Below are positions 1 to 11,874 of a DNA stretch of 64,000 bases, piece after piece. This DNA is from an uncultured Actinomycetota bacterium (GTDB lineage Bacteria > Actinomycetota > UBA4738), in assembly GCA_963781595.1 (NCBI GenBank), contig CAWAGG010000006.1:666107-730106 (forward strand), written 5' to 3'. Under the pieces are notes generated by a model. It had not been told where the DNA came from. It searched no databases and worked only from the letters and a program-made list of their open reading frames with translations. How positions within the stretch are numbered: the first letter of the stretch is position 1; each line of letters starts with the position of its first letter. Made by a program: the position numbers and the translations under genes.

Positions 1-845
1 TCGCGGCCGTCCGGATCGCCGCGACGCGCGATCTCGGCCGGGGCGTCCTCTTCCAGCGCGACACGGCCCGCGGCCGCTCGACCGGGCTCGGCTCGGCGCG
101 GTCCTTCGCGATCCGCGGCGCCCTCGGCCCGGCGGTCGTGTGGTCGGTGTCGATGGGGACGTTCGCCTTCGCGCTGGGCCTGCTGGCGGACGACGTCGCC
201 AAGTTCATCCGCACCTCGACGTCGGTCGAGCAGATCCTCGAACGGCTGGGCAGCTCGATCGGGACGGCCCTCGGGTACCTCGGCTACACGCTGGGTGTGG
301 TGACGGTGATCGCCGCCGCCGCGACGGGCTTCCGGGTCGTCGCCGCTCGCGACGAGGAGTCCAGCGGGAGGCTCGAGAACCTCCTGGTGCGTCCCGTCGA
401 TCGGCGCCGGTGGCTCCTCTGGCAGGCGCTCGTCGCGGCGGGCGTCGGGGCCTGCGTCGCGTTCGCGTCGTCCTTCCTCGCGTGGGCCGGCGCGACGGTT
501 CGGGGAACGTCCGTCCCGCTCCTGCGGCTCCTGGAGGGTGGGCTGAACTGCGTCCCCGTGATCGTGCTGTTCGCCGGGCTCGGCGTGCTGGTGCTGGCGT
601 TGGCGCCGAGGCTGACGGCCGCGCTGACGCTCGGCGCGATCGCCGCCTCGTACCTGATCGAGTTGGTCGGCGCACTGGTGCAGGCGCCCGCATGGGTGCT
701 CGATCTGTCGGCGTTCCACCACGTGCCCGCCGTCCCGGCCGTCGGCGCGGACCCGATGGCGTCCGTGGCGCTCATCGGGTTCGGGGTCGTCTTCGCGGTC
801 GTCGGGGCGTCCGCCTTCGGCAGACGGGACATCGCCGGCGCCTGA
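1..845 (+). CDS. ABC-2 type transporter permease, C-terminal part (5-prime end lies outside the window)
   Basis: Frame 3 is open from the window edge to the stop at 843-845. The product is a series of hydrophobic helices (FAFALGLLADD, VIVLFAGLGVLVLALAP, ALIGFGVVFAVVGA). Family assigned from composition and topology only. Confidence 0.6.
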   Translation, partial: AAVRIAATRDLGRGVLFQRDTARGRSTGLGSARSFAIRGALGPAVVWSVSMGTFAFALGLLADDVAKFIRTSTSVEQILERLGSSIGTALGYLGYTLGVVTVIAAAATGFRVVAARDEESSGRLENLLVRPVDRRRWLLWQALVAAGVGACVAFASSFLAWAGATVRGTSVPLLRLLEGGLNCVPVIVLFAGLGVLVLALAPRLTAALTLGAIAASYLIELVGALVQAPAWVLDLSAFHHVPAVPAVGADPMASVALIGFGVVFAVVGASAFGRRDIAGA

Positions 846-866
846 CACCGCGCGGCGGGGTCGGCC

Positions 867-1268
867 ATGATGGGGCGCATGGCCGGACCGCTGACCGATC
901 GCGACCGCGCGCTGTTCGAAGGACGGAACTTCGCGCATCTCGCCACGGTTATGCCCGACGGGTCGCCGCACGTGTCCCCGATCTGGATCGACATCGAAGC
1001 CGGCACGGATCTGATCCTGGTCAACACGGCCCTCGGGCGGGTGAAGACGCGGAACATGGAACGCGAGCCGCGGGTGGCCGTCTCGGTCCAGGACGCCGAC
1101 GATCCGTACACGATGGTGGCCGTACGCGGCCGGGTGGTGGAGATCACGCGCGATGGCGCCGAGGACCACATCGACGTCCTCTCGCGCAAGTACCGGGGGA
1201 GGGACTACCCGAACCACGGCGACCGCGTGCTGTTCAAGGTCGCCGTCGACCACGTCGGCCGGATGTAG
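867..1268 (+). CDS. PPOX-class (pyridoxamine 5-prime-phosphate oxidase family) F420/FMN-binding protein
   Basis: 133 aa. Carries the typical N-terminal pattern LTDRDRALFEGRNFAHLATVMPDGSPHVSPIWI and C-terminal KYRGRDYP. Confidence 0.8.
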   Translation: MMGRMAGPLTDRDRALFEGRNFAHLATVMPDGSPHVSPIWIDIEAGTDLILVNTALGRVKTRNMEREPRVAVSVQDADDPYTMVAVRGRVVEITRDGAEDHIDVLSRKYRGRDYPNHGDRVLFKVAVDHVGRM

Positions 1269-2090
1269 ATGCGACGCGGCGCACCGAGCGGATCCGTGGC
1301 GGGGAGCGCCGAGGCCGACCGGGTGCACGCGGCGTTGCGTCGCAGCTTCGAGGCGCTGGTTCCGCACGTCGACGGCGCGACGTTCGAAGTTCGGGACGGG
1401 TACGTCGTCGCGACGTGCCCGCGCCTTCCGCTCCCGCTGTTCAACGGCATCTGGCTCGAAGGTCCGGACGACGCCCCCGCGGTCCGAGACCTCGAGCGGA
1501 TCGTCGGCGAGTTCGCGATCCGAGGTCTCCCGTGCTGGATCTCGGCACGCTCGGAGCTGGCTCCGGCGAGCCGAGCGGAGGCCACGCGGATCGGGTTCGT
1601 CGAGGACGAGACGCTCCCCGCGATGGTCGCGACCCCTGGCGAGCTGGTGGCGGCCGCCCGCGGGAACGATCCGCCGGCCGAGGTCGTCGTGGTCCGCGAG
1701 GAGGACGGTCTCCGGGAGGCGCACGAGCTGGCCGCCGCCGGGTTCGGTGCGCCGCCGGAGATGATCGCGGCCGTGTTCACGCGGGAGGTGCTCGCGGTGC
1801 CAGGCCTGTCGATCGTCGTCGCCCACGCCGGCGGCCGGGCCGTCGCCACCGCCACGGGGTTCCTGGCCGACGGCAGCGTGGGGATCTTCAACGTGGCGAC
1901 CCCGGCGGAACATCGCGGCCACGGGTACGCGACGGCCGCGACGGCGCGGGCGGTGCTCGACGGGTTCGCGGCCGGCGCGGACCTGGCCTGGCTGCAGGCG
2001 AGCGCGATGGGCGAGCCGGTCTACCGTCGGATGGGGTTCCGCCAGGTCGGCACGTACGTGATCATGGGCCGGCCCGCCGGCGATGGGTGA
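1269..2090 (+). CDS. GNAT family N-acetyltransferase
   Basis: The ATG directly follows the upstream stop. The C-terminal acetyl-CoA binding region reads NVATPAEHRGHGYATAATARAV...YRRMGF. Confidence 0.75.
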   Translation: MRRGAPSGSVAGSAEADRVHAALRRSFEALVPHVDGATFEVRDGYVVATCPRLPLPLFNGIWLEGPDDAPAVRDLERIVGEFAIRGLPCWISARSELAPASRAEATRIGFVEDETLPAMVATPGELVAAARGNDPPAEVVVVREEDGLREAHELAAAGFGAPPEMIAAVFTREVLAVPGLSIVVAHAGGRAVATATGFLADGSVGIFNVATPAEHRGHGYATAATARAVLDGFAAGADLAWLQASAMGEPVYRRMGFRQVGTYVIMGRPAGDG

Positions 2091-2291
2091 ACCCGCCCGG
2101 GCGCCGCACGAGCCTCATCCCAAGGTCCGAGGCCATACTCGGCCGAGGCCGCGTTCGCGGCGTGCCTCGACATCGGCCGCTCCGGTGGGCGCGCGACCTA
2201 GGACGAATGCCCGAGGCCGGAGCGGTCAAGCACCCTTCGTCCGAGGCCGAACATCAACGCAGGAAGGATCCTTTCGATCGGAGGCTGGTCG

Positions 2292-4943
2292 GTGGAGGAA
2301 CACACCGACGTCGCCGTCGCGTGTTCGTGGTGCGGCTTCTTCTCGCGACCCGGCGGCGTATGTGACGTCTGCGGCTCGCCGCTGGAGAAAGAGGCACCGC
2401 GGCTCTCCGTCGAGGATGCGCGCAAGGCGCTGGCGACGAAGGCGCGTCCCGCATCGGTCGCGGAGGGGCGGGACGACCCGTGGGCTGGGGTCGATCGCGA
2501 GATCCGCAAGGCGATGCCCCAGCCGGACGCGAGCGTCCTCTACGACGAGGTCGAATCCGCCCAGCTCGTCCTGTGGGAGCGCCAGGCCGCGCTGGAGCGC
2601 CGCGAGAAGGCGTTCGACGACCAGCGCGAGGCGCTCGAACAGGCGCGCGCGGCCCTGCGTGAACGCGAGCAGCAGTACCAGGGCGCGGTCGCGCAGGCGG
2701 CGGCGGAGCGCGAGGAGTTCGACCGCCGGCTCGCGGAGGTGGCGGAGCGCGAGGCCCGCGCCGCCGAGCGCGAGTCGACGATCTCCGAGCGGGAGACGCG
2801 CGCCGCCGATCGCGAGGCCGGCCACGCGGCCAGGGACGTCGAGCTCGGGGAGCGGGAAGCGGCGTTCGTCGAGCTGCAGGCGGCGGCCGAGGCGCGGCAG
2901 GGCGAGCTCGCCGAGCGCGTCTCGGAGCTCGAGTCACGCGAGGCGGCGCTCGCCGAGCGCGAGCACGGCTCGGGGGAGTGGTACGAGGAGCTGTCCGCAC
3001 GAGAGGCGGCGCTCGCCGAGCGTGAGGCCGGGCTCGGCGAGCGCGAGGCACGGATCGGGCACGGCGACAGCGCGCTGTCCGACCGCGAGTCGAAGCTCGC
3101 CGCGGGCGAGGCCGGGCTCGCCGAGCGCGAGGCCGCGGCCGCCGCGGTAGAGACGGCCCTCGCCCAGGAGCGCGCGACCCTGGCGGACGAGCTGGCGGCG
3201 CTGATGCAGCGCGACGTCGACGTCGACGAACGGACCAGGGCGCTGGCGCGCCGCGAGGCGGCGCTCGCCGAGCGCGAAGCCGGGCACGCGCGCTCCGAGG
3301 ACGGGGTGACGGCCCGCGAGCAGGCGGCGATCGAGCGCGAGCGCGCGCTCGCCGAGGCGGAGGCGGCGCTCGCGGCGCGGGAGACGCAGCTCGCCGAGGC
3401 GGAGTCCGAACGGTGGGCCGGCCACGCCGAGGAGATGGACGCGGAGCTCGCGGCGCGGCTGCGGACCCTCGAGCAGCGCGAGGCCGACACGGCCCAGCTG
3501 GAGGCGATCCTCCGGACGCGCGAGGCCGGGTCGATCGAGCGCGAAGCGGCGCTCGCGAGCCGGGAGGCCGCGGCCGAGGAGCGCGAGGCCAAGACGGCGC
3601 GCCACGCGAAGGAGCTCACGGAGCGCGCAGCGACGCTGGAGGGCGCGGAGGCCGCCGCGGCCCAGCAGGCTGCGGCGCTCGCCGACCGCGAGGCCGCTTC
3701 CGCCGCGCACGAGGCCGCGTTGCAGCAACAGGAGGACGTGCTGCGCGCCGCGGCGGCGCAGCTGGAGGGCCGCGGATCCGAGCTGGCAGGCACGGAGGAG
3801 GCCGCCGCGGCGCGTGAGGCGGTGCTCGTCGCTCGTGAGGAGGCGCTCGCGCAGCGGGTCACCGGCCTGGACGAGCTGGAGATCGGGTTCGCCGAACGCG
3901 AGACGCAGCTCGCCGAACGGGAGACCGCGCTCTCCCAGCGCGAGACCCAGCACGCCGAACGCGAGACCGCGGCCACCGCGCACGGCGCGGCACTCGGGGA
4001 ACGTGACGCCGCCCTCGCGGAACGCGAGACGAGGATCGCCGAGCGGGAGGGCGCGGCTGCCGAGCATGCCGCGGCCTTGGAAGCGCGTGAGGCTGCGCTC
4101 GCCGCCCGCGAGCGGGGATCCTCAGAACGTGAAGGCGCGCTGGCCGCGCGCGCCGAGGCGCTGGATGCCCGCTCGGCAGAGCTGGACGCTCGGGAGCAAG
4201 GCCTGGGAGCCCATCCGCCGGGGGCGCAGCGGACCGAGGGGGCGGCCGCTGCCGCCGCCGCCCTGAGCGCGCTCACGGCGGACACGGCCCCGCCACCGCA
4301 GGCTCCGAAGGCCGCCGCGGCCCCGGCTGAGGGCGACGCGGCCACCCGGCCGGCCGCGAACAAGGGCAAGCAGGCGGCGACCCCTACGCCGGCCGAGCCC
4401 CGCGGCGAGCAGCCGACCAGCATCGGCGCGGAGCTGCGGGACCTGGCCGCGATCGTCGAACCGCCGCCGACGCCGCCTCGACCAACACCGGCGCCTGCAC
4501 CCGCGCCCGACGACTACAAGCCGCCGGGTCCCGGAGCCCGGATCGTGCCGCCGCCCCGGATCGAGGAGCCCGAGCCCGAACCGAAGCGAGCACCTCCCCC
4601 CGAGCCGCGGCCGAAGCCGCCCGCCAAGACCGCGTCCGCGCCCGCCGCGCGTGCGCCGGCGACACCGGAGGCGCCTGAGGCGGGCCGCAAGCGCGGTGGG
4701 CTGCGGATGCCGTCGCTCAAGCGCGATCGCAAGTCGGAGGCCGCCGCGGCCCCGGCGCGGGGCGCTGCCGCTCCGACCGGAGGCACCGCGGCCGTCGCGG
4801 GTGCCGGGTCCGGCGCGGCGGCCGACGCCGCTCCCGCGTCCATCCCCAAGTCGTCGTGCACGAAGTGCGGCCAGCCGTCCGAGCGCGCGATCTGCGAGGC
4901 GTGCCGGGACGCGCTCCAGGAGCTCCACTCGCTCAGCCTGTAG
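2292..4943 (+). CDS. Zinc-ribbon / long Ala-Arg-Glu coiled coil / Pro-Ala-rich linker / zinc-ribbon protein (883 aa), function unknown
   Basis: N-terminal CSWCG...CDVCG and C-terminal CTKCG...CEAC motifs. About 600 aa of EREAALAERE-type heptads sit between them, followed by a PxP/Ala low-complexity region. Confidence 0.75.
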   Translation: MEEHTDVAVACSWCGFFSRPGGVCDVCGSPLEKEAPRLSVEDARKALATKARPASVAEGRDDPWAGVDREIRKAMPQPDASVLYDEVESAQLVLWERQAALERREKAFDDQREALEQARAALREREQQYQGAVAQAAAEREEFDRRLAEVAEREARAAERESTISERETRAADREAGHAARDVELGEREAAFVELQAAAEARQGELAERVSELESREAALAEREHGSGEWYEELSAREAALAEREAGLGEREARIGHGDSALSDRESKLAAGEAGLAEREAAAAAVETALAQERATLADELAALMQRDVDVDERTRALARREAALAEREAGHARSEDGVTAREQAAIERERALAEAEAALAARETQLAEAESERWAGHAEEMDAELAARLRTLEQREADTAQLEAILRTREAGSIEREAALASREAAAEEREAKTARHAKELTERAATLEGAEAAAAQQAAALADREAASAAHEAALQQQEDVLRAAAAQLEGRGSELAGTEEAAAAREAVLVAREEALAQRVTGLDELEIGFAERETQLAERETALSQRETQHAERETAATAHGAALGERDAALAERETRIAEREGAAAEHAAALEAREAALAARERGSSEREGALAARAEALDARSAELDAREQGLGAHPPGAQRTEGAAAAAAALSALTADTAPPPQAPKAAAAPAEGDAATRPAANKGKQAATPTPAEPRGEQPTSIGAELRDLAAIVEPPPTPPRPTPAPAPAPDDYKPPGPGARIVPPPRIEEPEPEPKRAPPPEPRPKPPAKTASAPAARAPATPEAPEAGRKRGGLRMPSLKRDRKSEAAAAPARGAAAPTGGTAAVAGAGSGAAADAAPASIPKSSCTKCGQPSERAICEACRDALQELHSLSL
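3888..4202 (+). repeat. About 15 consecutive 21-bp (heptad-encoding) tandem units inside the coiled-coil gene
   Basis: The translation reads FAERETQ LAERETA LSQRETQ HAERETA ATAHGAA LGERDAA LAERETR IAEREGA AAEHAAA LEAREAA LAARERG SSEREGA LAARAEA LDARSAE LDAREQG. Confidence 0.7.
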
Positions 4944-4974
4944 GCGCGGCGCGCCGCCGCGCCTCGGTTCCGCG

Positions 4975-7104
<2,130 letters not shown>

Positions 7105-7142
7105 GGGTGCACGGCGGTCCTTCCGTGGATACGCTGTCGCGC

Positions 7143-7277
7143 ATGACCGCCACCTCGTCGCAGGGATCGCGCCAGCGGCGCGTGCAGCGGTTCTTCGTCG
7201 GGCTCGCGATGTCGTTCATCGCGTTCGCGCTCGAACGGGTCGTCGTGCGGGCGATCAAGCGCGGCGAGGCGGGGTAG
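7143..7277 (+). CDS. Small (44 aa) single-pass membrane protein candidate, not in the ORF track
   Basis: ATG at 7143, TAG at 7275-7277. Product MTATSSQGSRQRRVQRFFVGLAMSFIAFALERVVVRAIKRGEAG. Almost all third codon positions are G/C. It ends 8 nt before the next gene. Confidence 0.4.
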   Translation: MTATSSQGSRQRRVQRFFVGLAMSFIAFALERVVVRAIKRGEAG

Positions 7278-7285
7278 GGGCTCGG

Positions 7286-9673
7286 GTGGGGTTCAATCAC
7301 CGGCGCCTCGGACCTCGGCTCGTCGAGGCCGCGCGATCGGGCGAACGGAACCGTGACGCCCACGTCGTCCTGGGGGGCACCGGCGCGGTGGGCGGGACGG
7401 CGATCCTGCAGCTGCTCTCGCTCTACGAGGAGATGTTCGCGATCGCGGCACCCGACGACGACGACGTCCCCGTGCTCCTCGCGACCGGGGTCTCGCCCGA
7501 GGAGATCGGCGCGTTCACGAAGCGGCTCTTCCGCCACGTCGAATCCCTCCACGGTCCGGAGTGGCTGCCGCAACGGGTCCGGCGCGGGTACCTGACGCAT
7601 TCAGGCGTGTTCGTCGCGCTCGAACGCTTCACGGTGGGCACGTTGCCGGGGCTCGCCTCCGTGGTCGAGGCCGCGCCCGCGGACCGGGCCGCGGCGGCGG
7701 CGACCTTCCTGGCCTCGCTGGGCGTCGGCGGTGCCGGACCGGACGCCGTGTTCGACGCGCTCGCGGCCGCGATCGAGGCGACGAGGCCGTTCAGCGGGTT
7801 CCTCGAGGCGTACCGTTCCGAGCATCTCGAGCGCCGTGACGTCGAACGGTTCCGCAGCGTCACGCTCGCGATCCCCATCCCCAGCCTCGTCGCGTACCAC
7901 CAGGACGACCTGCAACACCTCGCGCATCAGGTCGAGGGCCTCGGGCCCGAGCACGTCGAACGGCTCAAGGAACGGTTCGTCCTGGCGCTACGCGACGACC
8001 TCGTGCGGGTGCGGTCGGTTGCGGACATCGTGCTCGTGGCCCATACGACCGGCGTCGGCGGCATGTACGACGAGCGCCCGGACGGATCGTCGACGATCCG
8101 GCTGGGGTTCGCGCACGCGGGCCTCGACCTCCGGCTCGCCGAGAAGCAGCGGTTCGCCGACGAGCTCACCCGGCTCTACAGCGCCGCGGGCATCAAGGTG
8201 CTGATCACGGCCGCGGCGATCGGCGTGGACGAGGTCCGGGTGCGCGACCGGATCCCCGTCCACCGGCAGATCCGCGAGCAGCTCCACGACGCGCCCACCG
8301 AGGTCTATCCGGGTTCGAAAGGCGCTGCGCGCCATACGCTCTGCTCGTACCGGCCGCTGACCGTCCCGCTCGACGAGCCGCCGGCAGGCGACGTGACGTT
8401 CGAACGCGGTTCGGAGCTCGTCCCCGCCTACACGGTGCGCAGCGGCGAGAACGGCTTCTTCAGCGTCGCGAACGCCGACGCCCTGTACCGCGTGATGCGG
8501 GTCGCGTCGGCCGGTGAGCTGGGCCTGGTGCTCGCGACCGTCGCGCTGCTCGACGACGATCCCGTGACCCCGTGGTTCCCGGGCGACGTCTGCTACTACA
8601 CGGAGACGGACAACGCGCGCCAGGTCCTGGACTTCCTGTCGCAGCCCTCGCTGATGGCCACCCAGCTGTCCGGCCTCGAGCCCGGCGCGCTGCAGGACCT
8701 GGGCTCGGCGAAGCACCAGGCCGAACTCCACACCCTCACGCTGCTGATCCTGCTCCACCGTCTCCGCACGTTCGACGTGGACGCGATCGATCCGTACGTC
8801 GACCTCGACCACTTCGATCCCGAGTGGTTCTTCGTGCAGAACTCGCGCGCGCTCACGTTCGAGGACGTCGGGGCGTGGGAGTTCGACCGCCTGGTGGCCG
8901 ACCTCACCCGGCTCGCCGGGGCCGAGGAGCCCGACGATCTCCTCGCGCTCACACCGCCGCGGGAGTACGGCCTGTTCCCGCAGCGCCGGGAGGCGCTCCG
9001 GCGGGTGTTGGACCGGGCGCTCCGGGCGGTCTGGACGCCGCCGTCGCTCGGGTCGCCGGTGCTGTTCGAACGTGCCGGCGTCACGATGGTAAGGATGGGT
9101 TACTATCTCGCGCCGCTCGACCTGCTCGTCACCCAGACGGACGCCGCGCTCACGTGGCTCCGCAAGGAGCACGCGGAGAGCGGGAACCCGTGTTCGTTCG
9201 AGGACTTCCGCGACTACCACGTCACCGTGGGAGGGTTCGTGGACCTGCGCGAGCACGCGACCGTGGTGAGCGCCCGGAGCGACCGCGACGACCTCACCGG
9301 CCACGTCGCACGGTTCGGCGACGAGGCGAGCCTCCGCGACCACCTGTGGACCCTCGAGCCGTATTCGTTCTTCTCGACCTCCGGCGTGCTGGCCCTCGTC
9401 TTCCGGCTGAAGGGCCTGTACGCCCAGCTCCGGGAGGTCCTGCTCGAGCTCGGCAGCCTGCAGGGCTATCGCTGGCAGATGCCGAGGGACGAACACGGCC
9501 ACATCCTGGTGGTCCCTGGCGCCGTCGAGGCGTTCCGGATGGTCGCTGAGGGCCTCGAGAAGACCACCGGCACCGAGCGCCTCGACGGGATCTGGGGCTA
9601 CGAGCCGCGACCGGTCGCCGACCGCCGCGGCCGGATCCCGGGCATCCAGCAGCCGAACGGCGACGGCCGGTAG
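7286..9673 (+). CDS. Large (795 aa) hypothetical protein with an N-terminal Rossmann-type GGTGAVGG motif
   Basis: Long uninterrupted frame with a GTG start. VVLGGTGAVGGTAILQ lies near the N-terminus. I recognise no other family signature. Confidence 0.7.
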   Translation: MGFNHRRLGPRLVEAARSGERNRDAHVVLGGTGAVGGTAILQLLSLYEEMFAIAAPDDDDVPVLLATGVSPEEIGAFTKRLFRHVESLHGPEWLPQRVRRGYLTHSGVFVALERFTVGTLPGLASVVEAAPADRAAAAATFLASLGVGGAGPDAVFDALAAAIEATRPFSGFLEAYRSEHLERRDVERFRSVTLAIPIPSLVAYHQDDLQHLAHQVEGLGPEHVERLKERFVLALRDDLVRVRSVADIVLVAHTTGVGGMYDERPDGSSTIRLGFAHAGLDLRLAEKQRFADELTRLYSAAGIKVLITAAAIGVDEVRVRDRIPVHRQIREQLHDAPTEVYPGSKGAARHTLCSYRPLTVPLDEPPAGDVTFERGSELVPAYTVRSGENGFFSVANADALYRVMRVASAGELGLVLATVALLDDDPVTPWFPGDVCYYTETDNARQVLDFLSQPSLMATQLSGLEPGALQDLGSAKHQAELHTLTLLILLHRLRTFDVDAIDPYVDLDHFDPEWFFVQNSRALTFEDVGAWEFDRLVADLTRLAGAEEPDDLLALTPPREYGLFPQRREALRRVLDRALRAVWTPPSLGSPVLFERAGVTMVRMGYYLAPLDLLVTQTDAALTWLRKEHAESGNPCSFEDFRDYHVTVGGFVDLREHATVVSARSDRDDLTGHVARFGDEASLRDHLWTLEPYSFFSTSGVLALVFRLKGLYAQLREVLLELGSLQGYRWQMPRDEHGHILVVPGAVEAFRMVAEGLEKTTGTERLDGIWGYEPRPVADRRGRIPGIQQPNGDGR

Positions 9674-9706
9674 GCCGCCCTTCATCCGGTTCGGCGGTTC
9701 GCCGGT

Positions 9707-10474
9707 TCAGGACTCGACGATCGGCGGGTTCGACTCGAACCGGGCCGCGGTCGCGCGCGCCTCGTCGACGAGGTCCATCGGCACCGGCCCAGGTTCGATG
9801 CCCCGACGCTCCGCGAACGCCTCGACGATCGCGTCGGCGGCGGCGTCCCACGTCAGGCCGGGTCGCTCGTCGGCGAGTGCCCCAACGGTCCGTGGGTCCC
9901 AGTCGAGCCCGAGCGCCCGGTAGACCGGGATCAGGACCTCGCGGATCCGGGCGGATCCGTCGACGACCACGACGCCGCCGACGTGCGCCGCGTGCGACAC
10001 CAACCGCTGGCCGACGCCCATCAGCTTCGTCCGGCCGCCCGCGTTCACGCTATGCTCGCCGGGGCAGTACTCGCCGGGAACGGCTCCCGCCCGGGCGTCG
10101 ATCCCCAACCGTCCGAACGCGCCGACCATCAGCGACGCGAGCTCGTCGAACCGCGCACGGATGCGCGCGCGGGGAGTGGCGTCGGGGAGCACCCACGAGA
10201 ATGCGATCGTGCCCTCGTGGAAGACGGCCGCGCGGCCGCCGGCGAGCCGTTCGACCGCTCCGAACCCGCGGTCGCGGGCCGCGGCCACGGCCTCCGCGTA
10301 GCCGGGTTCGTGCCGATCCTTCGGGCCGAACGCGACCACGGGGCCGGGCCGATACACGCGGAGGGCTTCGGGGTACCGACCGTCCGAGACGCGGCGGAGC
10401 AGGATGGACGACACGGCGGTGTCCAGTGCGGGCGGGGAGGGGAACCCATCGCGGAGCAGCAGTATCGGACCCAT
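9707..10474 (-). CDS. Biotin/lipoate A/B protein ligase family protein (LplA/LipM-like)
   Basis: Internal ATG at 10474 chosen because the upstream 100 codons are Arg/Pro junk overlapping the neighbouring gene. Sequence includes RVYRPGPVVAFGPKD...GGRAAVFHEGTIAFSWVLP...GEHSVNAGGRTKLMGVGQR. Confidence 0.75.
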   Translation of the reverse strand: MGPILLLRDGFPSPPALDTAVSSILLRRVSDGRYPEALRVYRPGPVVAFGPKDRHEPGYAEAVAAARDRGFGAVERLAGGRAAVFHEGTIAFSWVLPDATPRARIRARFDELASLMVGAFGRLGIDARAGAVPGEYCPGEHSVNAGGRTKLMGVGQRLVSHAAHVGGVVVVDGSARIREVLIPVYRALGLDWDPRTVGALADERPGLTWDAAADAIVEAFAERRGIEPGPVPMDLVDEARATAARFESNPPIVES

Positions 10475-10529
10475 GGCGTCACGGAGCACGTCGTCACGGT
10501 ACCGGTCGAGAGCCCCGAGGTGGGGCTCT

Positions 10530-10567
10530 GACCCGCGGGGGCCAGGGGGGGTGAACCCCCGCGGGTC
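10530..10567 (-). terminator. Perfect 12-bp GC inverted repeat at the 3-prime end of the XRE-TPR gene
   Basis: gacccgcggggg (10530-10541) pairs with cccccgcgggtc (10556-10567) around a 14-nt loop. It overlaps the stop codon at 10566-10568. Confidence 0.5.
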
Positions 10568-11849
10568 AGGCGCGGGACCGACTGGGGTTGAGCGCCTCGA
10601 GCCCCGATCGGAGCGCCTCCACGGCTCCGGGCAGATCGCCCTCGGCCAGGTGGAGCTCCCCGACCTCTCGCCAGCAGGACGCCTCCTGCTGTCGAGCTTC
10701 ATGCTTCCCGAACAGCGCCGCGGCCTCCTCGAACGAGCGTCGGCCGACGACGCGGTCCTGCAGTTCCGACAGTGCACGGCCCTTCACGAACAGGGCCCTC
10801 GCCGCCTCGATGTCGTCGGTCTCGATCGCGGCGAGCGATTCGTCCGCGTACCGGACCGCCGCCTCGTAGCGGCGCTCGAGCAGCGCGACACGAGCGCGCT
10901 CGGTCAGGACGTACGCGACGTCCTCCGACGATCCGGACTCCCGAAGGATCGTCTCGGCGTGATCGAGGTGTCCCGAGGCCTCGATCGTCCTCGGAGGGTC
11001 GGCTTCCAGGCAGAGGAACGCGGTGGCGTTGAAGATGCGGGCCAGCCGCCGCCGGTCGTCCATGTGCTCCAGCAGCACACGCGCGCGGGTGATCAGGTCG
11101 ATCGCGTCGTCCCACCGGCCGGTCCCGGCGAGGACCCGGGACGAGTCCCAGTACGTCCGCGCGCGGATCTCGGCCGACGTGTCCTGATCGGCTGCGGCGA
11201 TCGCGCGAGCGGCGGTCCGCTCGGCCTTCACGACATCGCCGCGTTCGAAGTAGATCGCGACGAGCGCAGCCTGGAGGTCCGCGGCGACGCCGGGGTCCAG
11301 CGGCCCGGTGTCCCGGTGCGCGAGGTGCGATTCGATCAGGTCGGCCGCGTACGCCAGGTCGCCCACGCGCCGGTACGCGCGCCCGAGCGCGGCGACGACC
11401 TCGCCGATCTCACGCGCGGGCAGGTCCTCCTCGAGGCACTCCTCGTAGAGATCGATCGCCTCCCGGTGGCGGCCGGTCCGCATCCGCAGATCGGCCTGCG
11501 CCACGCGCGCGCGGGCACGGATGCGCGCCAGCCCAAAGCGCTCGGCGTCCTCCCGTGCGAGCGTGAGCAGCGTCTCTGCCTCGTCGAGACGATCATCCCG
11601 CATCGCCAGCCGCGCATCCTCGATCGTGAACCGGAGTCGATCCTCCTCGCCGTCCGGGATCCCGCTCGCAAGGAACGTGGCCGTGACGTCGAGCCGTTCC
11701 CCGAAGTACGCGAGCGCCTCGGGGGAGGGCATGCGCTTGCCCGCCTCGATCTGGCTGACGTAGCTGACCGTGTACCTCGGCCGCGCGAGCGCCGTCTTCG
11801 TTAGGCCAGCCCTCATCCGCTCGGCCTTCAGGCGCTCCGCCAGGTTCAT
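10566..11849 (-). CDS. XRE-family HTH regulator with a long TPR-type helical repeat domain (427 aa)
   Basis: ATG at 11849 verified in sequence. The N-terminus MNLAERLKAERMRAGLTKTALARPRYTVSYVSQIEAGKRMPS is a classic XRE HTH. The remainder is repeated helical-hairpin TPR-like sequence. Confidence 0.85.
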   Translation of the reverse strand: MNLAERLKAERMRAGLTKTALARPRYTVSYVSQIEAGKRMPSPEALAYFGERLDVTATFLASGIPDGEEDRLRFTIEDARLAMRDDRLDEAETLLTLAREDAERFGLARIRARARVAQADLRMRTGRHREAIDLYEECLEEDLPAREIGEVVAALGRAYRRVGDLAYAADLIESHLAHRDTGPLDPGVAADLQAALVAIYFERGDVVKAERTAARAIAAADQDTSAEIRARTYWDSSRVLAGTGRWDDAIDLITRARVLLEHMDDRRRLARIFNATAFLCLEADPPRTIEASGHLDHAETILRESGSSEDVAYVLTERARVALLERRYEAAVRYADESLAAIETDDIEAARALFVKGRALSELQDRVVGRRSFEEAAALFGKHEARQQEASCWREVGELHLAEGDLPGAVEALRSGLEALNPSRSRA

Positions 11850-11874
11850 CCGAGCACTGTACCCGAAGTCGGGC

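Noticed and set aside
140-2365. 741-aa + strand ORF, with similar very long ORFs at 2540-4423(-), 4651-7146(+), 7988-9685(-), 20508-21980(-), 25887-28196(+), 36528-39179(+) and 54262-56112(-)
   Set aside because: The products are Arg/Pro/Gly/Ala low-complexity strings with no motifs. They overlap genes with clear family signatures in another frame or strand. They are the expected stop-codon-poor shadow frames of very GC-rich DNA.
2560-4200. Possible CRISPR-like or satellite array suggested by the strong periodicity
   Set aside because: The period is 21 bp with no spacer/repeat alternation. The tract is entirely in frame within a coiled-coil coding sequence.
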